From assembly GCA_040377305.1 (NCBI GenBank), contig JBEIPA010000002.1:160001-224000 (forward strand): a stretch of DNA of 64,000 nt, given 5' to 3'. A model generated the notes under the pieces. It worked only from the letters and a program-made list of their open reading frames with translations. It was not told the origin of the DNA and ran no database searches. This document shows, piece after piece, positions 57,016 to 64,000 of the stretch; positions within the stretch are counted from its first letter, which is position 1; the number at the start of each line of letters is the position of its first letter. The stretch comes from Flavobacteriales bacterium (GTDB lineage Bacteria > Bacteroidota > Bacteroidia > Palsa-965). Position numbers and translations under genes: made by a program.

Positions 57016-58086
57016 ATGCGTCGCACTTTTGCAGCCATAGCGTGTATCATTCTGATTACAGGAGTGCTTTCCGGATTCAAAGAAGAACCAGGAAGCACTC
57101 CTTATGTTTTTCCGAAGCTGATCTTCTTCCCCCAGATGCCGGTGAGTGTAGAAAATCCGGTAACGGTTGAAGGTGCAGAATTGGGTCGCTATCTTTTTTA
57201 CGATCCCATCCTGAGCGACGATAGTACCATGTCGTGCGGAAGCTGTCACAAGCAGGAGTTTGCTTTCAGTGATGCGCCCAATGCGTTTAGTAAAGGTCAC
57301 GATGGAAAGTTAACCGCGCGCAACACGATGCCCCTGTTCAATCTCGCATGGTGTAAAGAATATTTCTGGGATGGGCGCGCATCGTCCATAGAAAATCAAA
57401 TCTTCGAACCGGTTCGTTCACACGATGAAATGAATCTATCGTGGGATCAGGCTGCGGCTCGCATTAACCGGAATGATTTTTACAAAAGTAAATTCCGGCT
57501 TGCATTTGGTGAACAGTCAATCGACAGTGTGCTGATTTCAAAAGCCATTGCACAATTTCTACGCACGATGATTTCTGCCACGTCGCGTTACGACAGCCTC
57601 GGAATGAGCCTCATCACATTCACAAAAGATGAAGCTGATGGTTATGTGCTCATGAACGACATGACGAAAGGAGATTGTTTGCATTGCCACACAACAGATG
57701 CCGATGCTCTCGGAACCACGAACAATTTTTCTAACAATGGTCTCGATGCATTTACCGATGCGCATCAATGCAAAGACATTGGTCGCGGAAAAGTGAGTGG
57801 TGCGTTGAGAGATTACGGACGGTTTCGCATTCCATCATTGAGAAACATTGCGCTAACTGCACCTTATATGCACGACGGGCGATTCAAAACGCTGGAAGAA
57901 GTTCTCGATTTTTACAGTGAAGGCGTGAAGATGAACGCAACAATTGATTCGAAGATCGGTTCAGCGCCACATGGTGGTGTTCATCTGACTCCGGAAGAAA
58001 AAAGAAAAGTAATTGTGTTTCTGAACACGTTAACCGATCATGCATTTGTGAGTGATCCGAAATTTGCAAATCCAACGCGCAAGTAA
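57016..58086 (+). CDS. diheme cytochrome c peroxidase family protein (MauG/MbnH-like)
   Basis: Two CxxCH motifs (CGSCH, CLHCH), LGRYLFYD..LS, RNT, FWDGR and PSLRNIALTAPYMHDGRF. Confidence 0.9.
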   Translation: MRRTFAAIACIILITGVLSGFKEEPGSTPYVFPKLIFFPQMPVSVENPVTVEGAELGRYLFYDPILSDDSTMSCGSCHKQEFAFSDAPNAFSKGHDGKLTARNTMPLFNLAWCKEYFWDGRASSIENQIFEPVRSHDEMNLSWDQAAARINRNDFYKSKFRLAFGEQSIDSVLISKAIAQFLRTMISATSRYDSLGMSLITFTKDEADGYVLMNDMTKGDCLHCHTTDADALGTTNNFSNNGLDAFTDAHQCKDIGRGKVSGALRDYGRFRIPSLRNIALTAPYMHDGRFKTLEEVLDFYSEGVKMNATIDSKIGSAPHGGVHLTPEEKRKVIVFLNTLTDHAFVSDPKFANPTRK

Positions 58087-59328
58087 TTACTGTGGATCGT
58101 AGCCGTGGATAATAATTCCGCCGGCAATAATTTCCTTCATCTGTGCAATACCCTGTACTTCGCGATGACGGCCATATTCCCAGAATGTAAAACGATCGTT
58201 GGCGGTATCGAATTCTTCGACTGTAATCCAGTGCGTTCCCCAATACAAATGCTCCAAACCGCGTGGTGCAACATATTCTGAATCAGCACCTGAAATTGTA
58301 TCCAGTACGCTGCTGTTTACCAAAAGAAACACGCGCTTACCGGTTGAAGTATCGGCAGCGGCTTTAAATTTCTCGAACTGGTGATCAGTGATGCCGCGAA
58401 TATTATTTCCAACTTTCTCGGCATCGAATCCCATGTTACGGAACAGACGCAGTTGTGGATTAATCGCAGTTGCAGACCACAATCCATTCTCGTGATGCAA
58501 GTCGGGATCGTATGGCGTTAATGTGAACGGAAACGTTCGATATGCCGAAGTAAGTGTGAGATAGAAAACCATGTCCATCCCTGTTGGCATTTCTTCGTTC
58601 TTGAATCTTACTTTCTGGTTCGGATCCCACTGAATTTTATTCTCGTTCACTGCGACAATCACTTCCGGAGGCGTTACGAATTCTGCACCATTCCAGATAG
58701 CGCGACCTGTGTAGTACAGATCTGTCATGAATCGTTTGTACTCGGAAGAATCCTGTTGAATCCACAAGCGAGCCAAAGCCGTCTTCCCGCAAAAACTAGT
58801 CGAGTGCGATTGAAATAAACTGTCGCCACGATTCTTAAGATTCATGCGCAACTGTGATCGAAACGCTGAACTTGAAATGGATGTAAAAACCGTCGAGTTA
58901 GAATCAACAACGCCCATGGCTGAATTCAGATGCCGGGTGACTTTGTGCATCTCTCGCTCAGGAAGAAAAGAATAGTTCTGTGTAAACCCACGCACCGTCA
59001 TGCGCATAGAATCGAGCAACACAGGAATATCTCTCGCGGGTGTTTTCACAACCACATTTACAATCATTTTATTGCGCTCGTCGGCATCAGCAACATACGG
59101 CCAAACGGTATCCGCAACAGCTTCGGAACGGGCAGAATCAAGAATGGACCTTCTTTCATCGATGGACAGCTTTCGAAGTTTTTTTACCCGCTTTGCCTTC
59201 CAGTAAATAGCGTATGGGTCACGAATAGCTTCCGAATCTGTACCATTCAGCGCTTGTGCAGGCAATTGAATTCCACTTACTGCAAATAACAGTAAAAACA
59301 GGGTAAAGGAAATTCGCCATGAGATCAT
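58087..59328 (-). CDS. hypothetical secreted protein, putative papain-fold cysteine peptidase
   Basis: Signal peptide; FQSHSTSFCG (Q..C) followed later by THWITV and FWEYG. Confidence 0.6.
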   Translation of the reverse strand: MISWRISFTLFLLLFAVSGIQLPAQALNGTDSEAIRDPYAIYWKAKRVKKLRKLSIDERRSILDSARSEAVADTVWPYVADADERNKMIVNVVVKTPARDIPVLLDSMRMTVRGFTQNYSFLPEREMHKVTRHLNSAMGVVDSNSTVFTSISSSAFRSQLRMNLKNRGDSLFQSHSTSFCGKTALARLWIQQDSSEYKRFMTDLYYTGRAIWNGAEFVTPPEVIVAVNENKIQWDPNQKVRFKNEEMPTGMDMVFYLTLTSAYRTFPFTLTPYDPDLHHENGLWSATAINPQLRLFRNMGFDAEKVGNNIRGITDHQFEKFKAAADTSTGKRVFLLVNSSVLDTISGADSEYVAPRGLEHLYWGTHWITVEEFDTANDRFTFWEYGRHREVQGIAQMKEIIAGGIIIHGYDPQ

Positions 59329-59414
59329 CGTACAGAACTATAGACGGTAGTTGTACGAAAAGCGTGCCGGATGTATTCTTAAAAAGTCTTAAGAAAATAG
59401 GACCATATCAACAA

Positions 59415-59585
59415 CTACTCCACCTTCGGCTCATCCTTCTTCGCTACCTGAATTATCCCAACAATCAGGAGAATCACACCAGTAGCCGTATTTAACGTAG
59501 GACCAATCATCAGGGAAATTACAAGAATGATCACCGAACAAACGATCAGTACTATGCCGAGGATTTTTCGGGTCTGCGGTTTCAT
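59415..59585 (-). CDS. small two-TM membrane protein
   Basis: 56 aa from MKPQTRK with two hydrophobic helices; starts 1 nt after the regulator stop codon. Confidence 0.6.
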   Translation of the reverse strand: MKPQTRKILGIVLIVCSVIILVISLMIGPTLNTATGVILLIVGIIQVAKKDEPKVE

Positions 59586-59586
59586 C

Positions 59587-60747
59587 CTAGTCCTTGCGTG
59601 TCGCGTATGCAATCACATCCTTATCCGTGATCACCTTCTCTCCAAGAATAATCAAACGCTCGATCACGTTACGGAACTCACGAATGTTTCCGGTCCAGTT
59701 GATCTTCTGTAATTCCTTGATCGCTTCTTTGGAAATCGTTTTCAGGTTGCCGCTTTCTTCACCAATCATCTTCAGGAAGTGCTCCGCAAGCACAGGAATA
59801 TCTTCCTTACGATCGTTCAGTGAAGGAACGTGGATCAGAATTACACTCAAGCGGTGATATAAATCTTCGCGGAATTCTCCTTTGTGTATTTCACGCTTGA
59901 GATCTTTGTTAGTCGCCGCAAGTACGCGTACGTTCACTTTGATCTCTTTGTCGCCACCAACGCGGGTAATTTTATTTTCCTGCAACGCACGCAATACTTT
60001 AGCCTGTGCAGAAAGGGACATATCGCCAATCTCATCCAGGAAAATTGTTCCGCCTTCTGCAAGTTCGAATTTGCCCTTACGCTGTGCGACTGCAGATGTG
60101 AACGCACCTTTTTCGTGCCCGAACAATTCCGATTCGATAAGCTCAGATGGAATTGCAGCGCAGTTCACTTCTATAAGCGGCGCTCCTGCTCTACCCGACT
60201 TCTCGTGCAACCAGCGTGCAACTAATTCTTTGCCGGTTCCGTTTTCACCTGTGATAAGAACACGTGCATCTGTCGGAGCAACTTTCTCAATCATTTCTTT
60301 GATCTGAGAAATCGCCGGAGAATCGCCGATCATATCAAATGTCTTGCTGATTTTCTTTTTCAGCGAGCGCGTTTCACCAATAAGTTTTGATTTATCGAGG
60401 GCATTGCGGATCGTCACCAGCAAACGGTTAAGATCAAGCGGCTTCTGAATAAAATCATAAGCGCCCTTCTTCACGGCTTCAACTGCGGTTTCGATGTTTC
60501 CGTGACCGGAGATCATAACAACAGGAGCATCGATCGCAGCTTCCATGAGCTTATCGAGCGCTTCCATGCCATCCATCTTTGGCATTTTGATGTCGCAAAG
60601 AATGATGTCGAACTTTTCCTTCTGGGCCATAGTAAGGCCTTCAAGTCCGTCCTGGGCTTCCTCCACTTTGAAGTTTTCGTATTCGAGAATTTCACGAAGT
60701 GTGCGACGAATACTTTTTTCGTCGTCGATGATTAGAATTCGAGGCAT
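59587..60747 (-). CDS. sigma54-interacting response regulator (NtrX-like; receiver + AAA+)
   Basis: IIDDE, DIKMP, GENGTGKE, ESELFGHEKGAFTSA, FLDEIG, FREDLYHRL and W.GNIRE motifs. Confidence 0.92.
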   Translation of the reverse strand: MPRILIIDDEKSIRRTLREILEYENFKVEEAQDGLEGLTMAQKEKFDIILCDIKMPKMDGMEALDKLMEAAIDAPVVMISGHGNIETAVEAVKKGAYDFIQKPLDLNRLLVTIRNALDKSKLIGETRSLKKKISKTFDMIGDSPAISQIKEMIEKVAPTDARVLITGENGTGKELVARWLHEKSGRAGAPLIEVNCAAIPSELIESELFGHEKGAFTSAVAQRKGKFELAEGGTIFLDEIGDMSLSAQAKVLRALQENKITRVGGDKEIKVNVRVLAATNKDLKREIHKGEFREDLYHRLSVILIHVPSLNDRKEDIPVLAEHFLKMIGEESGNLKTISKEAIKELQKINWTGNIREFRNVIERLIILGEKVITDKDVIAYATRKD

Positions 60748-60750
60748 ATT

Positions 60751-60962
60751 CGATTAGCTGATTTCCGATTTCCCTGCCCGACTGCGTCATTCAGGCGGGC
60801 GATTAGCTGATGCTGATCAGGGTAAAAATACGAATTCCCCTCAGTTTCCGGTTCCCTGTTCCTGTTTGCAGTTGGTAAAAACTCGCTTATACTTGAAATT
60901 ACATCGCGATTTCGAACATTCGAAGCATTAACCGGGACGGGAACTGGGAACTGGGAACCGAT
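60751..60962. repeat. repeat-rich intergenic tract
   Basis: CGATTAGCTGAT direct repeats (60751-60762, 60800-60811) around the hairpin CCTGCCCGA/TCAGGCGGG; inverted GGGAACT heptamer runs at 60849-60862 and 60939-60960. Confidence 0.55.
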
Positions 60963-61119
60963 TCCACTTATCAGCCAACCTTTCCTTCTGTCCCGCGTTC
61001 ACATTTCGTTAAGAATTTCTTTAACAAAGTCATCCGGTTGAAAGCCGAATTCAAATTACAAATGGCACCGCTCGTGTAAAACATCACGGCATGCTGAATT
61101 GCACTTCTCACCTTTGTCT

Positions 61120-61254
61120 CGCTACGTGTGATGAGAAGCACGAAGAATAATAATTGGGGGGATTACTTCCGGGACGGGAAACTGAGGGATAGATACGGAT
61201 TGGTCAAGGTGTTGAGGTGTTAAACCGTATTTATTGTTTCCCGTCCTTACTTTT
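61120..61254 (+). ncRNA. candidate structured small RNA (unassigned; ends uncertain)
   Basis: Nested stems GGACGGGAAAC/GTTTCCCGTCC and ATAGATACGG/CCGTATTTAT followed by TTACTTTT, in a 550-bp gap with no credible ORF. Confidence 0.35.
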
Positions 61255-61296
61255 ACCGCGGCAGCGCAGCGTAAGCTGCGACGCGGAGAAAAGTAA
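61247..61296. terminator. strong hairpin after ppx (terminator or repeat-derived)
   Basis: TTACTTTT-CCGCG-CGCAGC gtaa GCTGCG-CGCGG-AAAAGTAA. Confidence 0.6.
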
Positions 61297-61299
61297 AGT

Positions 61300-62232
61300 T
61301 CAACCTGATTTCTTACTGAGAAACTCTTGCAAAACACCTTCTTTCAGTGCGTACGATGACATGCGCATGTGTTCGATTCCGAGATCACGGATGATGAAGT
61401 CCACCAGAATTGCTGAGATGACTATCATGTCGACACGCATAGCAACGAGACCTTTGATGTGTAATCGTTGTTCCCGTGTAGAAGACAGAAGTTGTTTGTG
61501 AATGACAGCGGCTTGTCCGAGATCAAAGACGAATTCAGTTCCTTCGAAAACTTCATCGGCGTAATAACGGGCGAGAATCATTTCTGCAAGTGAATCGAAC
61601 GAACCGGAAGCTCCGATTAATTCGTGTACAGGAAATTCTGCCACGGCATCGCGTAATGTGCCCAATGCAAATTCAAGAAACTTCGTGATCTCTGCGATCT
61701 CATCTTGTGTTATCGGATCAGAAGGTTTGAATCGCTGCAGCAAACGTGAAGCACCAATTTCAAAACTCTGTTTCCAGACACAGCCTGTGTTGTTGGCGAT
61801 GATGAACTCTGTGCTTCCGCCACCGATGTCAATGATGAGTGAATTCTGCTCTTTGAATTCAAGCGCTTGCCTCACTCCTTCATAAATGTACTGTGCTTCC
61901 TGATCTCCTGAGATGATGTTGATCTTAATTCCACAACGCTGAAACACATCGTCCGCAAATTGTTGACCGTTCCCCGCATTACGCATAGCGGATGTTGCAA
62001 ATGCCAACTTCTTATCTACCCGCCACTGCTTGATTGCTTCTGCATACGTGTCCATCGCTTCAATTCCGCGCATGTATGCCTCCGGTGCGATAGTGCCACT
62101 GTTGATTCCGCCTTCTCCCAACCGAACAGGTAGCTTCTCGTTGTAGATCGTCACAAAACCCTCTTCCGATTTTGCTTCCGCAATCAGAAGATTGAAAGTG
62201 TTTGTTCCGAGATCTATAACTGCGACGCGCAT
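61300..62232 (-). CDS. ppx: Ppx/GppA exopolyphosphatase
   Basis: IDLGTNT, ATSAMR.A.N, ISG..EA, DIGGGSTE and ALKEG motifs. Confidence 0.92.
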   Translation of the reverse strand: MRVAVIDLGTNTFNLLIAEAKSEEGFVTIYNEKLPVRLGEGGINSGTIAPEAYMRGIEAMDTYAEAIKQWRVDKKLAFATSAMRNAGNGQQFADDVFQRCGIKINIISGDQEAQYIYEGVRQALEFKEQNSLIIDIGGGSTEFIIANNTGCVWKQSFEIGASRLLQRFKPSDPITQDEIAEITKFLEFALGTLRDAVAEFPVHELIGASGSFDSLAEMILARYYADEVFEGTEFVFDLGQAAVIHKQLLSSTREQRLHIKGLVAMRVDMIVISAILVDFIIRDLGIEHMRMSSYALKEGVLQEFLSKKSG

Positions 62233-62233
62233 C

Positions 62234-62794
62234 TTATTGTCGTTTCATTTCCTGGTTGCATGGATTGCAGATGAAATGTATTGTAACATCCGGAGTCCTG
62301 AAGTCAGGTTTAATTTTCACCTGACACAAAACCTGATTCAGCCACAAGCTGCATTTCGGATCGAATCCTGTGGAAAGTCCGGAACTAATATCTTTTGTCA
62401 GAAAGACATCGTACTTGCCTTCTTCCATCTTAGTGGAAACAATTCCGTTGGCGTCTGTCGTGAGAAAATACTCCGTTCCGCTAAAGTGATTTTTGAATTT
62501 CAGCGTTGACGAAGTAAGCAATTTTGGGGTCGCCTTTTCCGCTATCATTTCTTCGGAAGGCCTCGCACCACCACAGTAATTAGAAGTATACAACACTTTC
62601 AGCTGAACCGGAAACTCCACTAAAGGCGTAGTCTCAGCAGGCATCTCTACAACCGGAGTAATTGAATCGGGAACAATGGCAACAGTGTCAGCAATCGGAG
62701 AATCGACCGCCACCGAATCAGTTTTTGCTTCTGTGGATTCACTGCAGGAAATCATCCACACAGAAATCACAGCGAGAATGAATACCTTTTGCAT
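62234..62794 (-). CDS. hypothetical lipoprotein
   Basis: Lipobox MISC, YCGGARP and CNPC motifs, prealbumin-like TTDANG..GKY. Confidence 0.7.
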   Translation of the reverse strand: MQKVFILAVISVWMISCSESTEAKTDSVAVDSPIADTVAIVPDSITPVVEMPAETTPLVEFPVQLKVLYTSNYCGGARPSEEMIAEKATPKLLTSSTLKFKNHFSGTEYFLTTDANGIVSTKMEEGKYDVFLTKDISSGLSTGFDPKCSLWLNQVLCQVKIKPDFRTPDVTIHFICNPCNQEMKRQ

Positions 62795-62804
62795 GTGAAT
62801 AGAT

Positions 62805-64000
62805 TTATCCTTTATAGAACAACCACTTCCCGAGTTCTCTCCAACTCACTTTCTTTCCGTACATGAGAATACCTACACGGTAAATTCGTCCGGCAAGCCA
62901 TGTCATGAGGAAGAATGATGCAACGAGAATTCCCATTGAAATCGCAAGTTCAGTTGTGCTTATACCTCCATACGGAATACGCATAATCATTACAACCGGA
63001 GAAGTAAACGGAATCATAGAAAGCCATTTTGCAACAGCGCCGTGTGGATCGTTTGCAACCACTACGAACGAAGCCATTGAGATCATAAGAGGGACTGTAA
63101 CCGGAACGGAGAACTGCGCAGTATCAGTATCAGAATCTGCGGCTGATCCCATTGCTGCGAAAATTGCTGCATACATGAGGTAACCGAAAATAAAATAGAA
63201 CAGGAAAATTGGAATCACATTTCCCCAGGGAATTGACCCGATAGTGTCCATGGCCTCAATCGTCTTTTCGTTGATCTCCATGTTCATCACAGTGCCACTT
63301 CCTGATGTTTCATTCACCATCGCCATAGTCACCGAGTTGTTATCCTTGAGCTTTGTGAAATCCAGCTTCTTGTCATTAATTGCACCAACAACCGGTAACA
63401 ATATCAGGAGCGACAATACAATCCACGCGGTAAACTGTGTGAGCGCAACCAGTGCAACCGCAACAATTTTCCCCATCATCAATTGGAAAGGACGTACGCT
63501 GGAGATAATCACTTCAACGATTCGGGTGGATTTTTCCTCCTGCACACTCTTCATGACGCGTACACCGAAAATGAGGATGTACATATATATGGCGAGTCCA
63601 AGAACCAATCCCGCCATAAACTTCACGTCCGCGTCACTTACCTTGTTGTCTACCTGACTTTCAATTGCGACTTTACGTTTCGACAATTCGAGAATTTCCC
63701 GTGTAAGCCCGTTTCTTCCGAGGATATCAAGTTGTACCTGATTCGTCATCACGGCCTCAAGCAAGTTTGTGGTGTTCATTCCCGGCTCTGTCTTCGAATA
63801 CAGAATACACGACAGTCCAACACTGTGCTCATAGTTCGTGTCGCAACCACCCATGAAATTCTCAGGAATGTACAAGACTGAAACGTTATCGGAATCACGG
63901 TAGAACTTTTCGACTTCATCAATTGGCTTATACACCATTCCGTAATCGAACTTCAGGTTAAGTGTGTCTTTGAATATGAAAGCATATCCAATTGAATCAG
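62805..64000 (-). CDS. ABC-2 type transporter permease (NatB/YhaP-like), 3' part (runs off the window end)
   Basis: EEKSTRIVEVIISSVRPFQLMMGKI, IPFTSP.VM and IYRVGILMYGK motifs; the frame stays open to the window end. Confidence 0.9.
   Translation of the reverse strand, partial: DSIGYAFIFKDTLNLKFDYGMVYKPIDEVEKFYRDSDNVSVLYIPENFMGGCDTNYEHSVGLSCILYSKTEPGMNTTNLLEAVMTNQVQLDILGRNGLTREILELSKRKVAIESQVDNKVSDADVKFMAGLVLGLAIYMYILIFGVRVMKSVQEEKSTRIVEVIISSVRPFQLMMGKIVAVALVALTQFTAWIVLSLLILLPVVGAINDKKLDFTKLKDNNSVTMAMVNETSGSGTVMNMEINEKTIEAMDTIGSIPWGNVIPIFLFYFIFGYLMYAAIFAAMGSAADSDTDTAQFSVPVTVPLMISMASFVVVANDPHGAVAKWLSMIPFTSPVVMIMRIPYGGISTTELAISMGILVASFFLMTWLAGRIYRVGILMYGKKVSWRELGKWLFYKG

Noticed and set aside
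56680-57300. 206-aa antisense ORF (likewise 35166-35795 and 37768-38427)
   Set aside because: Each lies opposite a well-supported gene and has no motifs.
60841-60962. Remnant of a four-helix-bundle gene between inverted GGGAACT repeats
   Set aside because: The enclosed ~70 bp gives no recognisable peptide; I kept it only as a repeat.
61087-61103. CGGCATGCTGAATTGCA as a sigma54 promoter
   Set aside because: The GG-to-GC spacing is 11 nt rather than the required 10.

Overview
A 64-kb chromosomal window from a Bacteroidota genome. Evidence: dcw gene order, gldB/gldC, many type IX secretion (T9SS) C-terminal domains and TAnnTTTG promoters. It is mostly housekeeping: mraZ-rsmH-ftsL-ftsI-murE-mraY, an acyltransferase pair, engB, gldB/gldC, nadE, pyrC, acs, ppx, rlpA and an NtrX-like regulator. 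Six T9SS cargo proteins are interspersed, three of them large Ig-stalk surface proteins (3333, ~2026 and 1094 aa). I saw no rRNA, tRNA, CRISPR, prophage or transposase. Most notable observations: (1) an AT-rich two-gene block at 40492-41860 built like an integrase-less integron cassette array with non-canonical attC-like hairpins; (2) a 2-kaa adhesin-like protein with three unrelated domains plugged into the same loop of three homologous Ig repeats; (3) a MauG/MbnH-type diheme peroxidase coupled to a Trp-rich T9SS protein instead of MbnP; (4) a structured candidate sRNA opposite an HTH-less sigma54 activator; (5) many small palindromic repeats, one inserted in frame in nadE. All calls come from reading motifs by eye; no searches were run.
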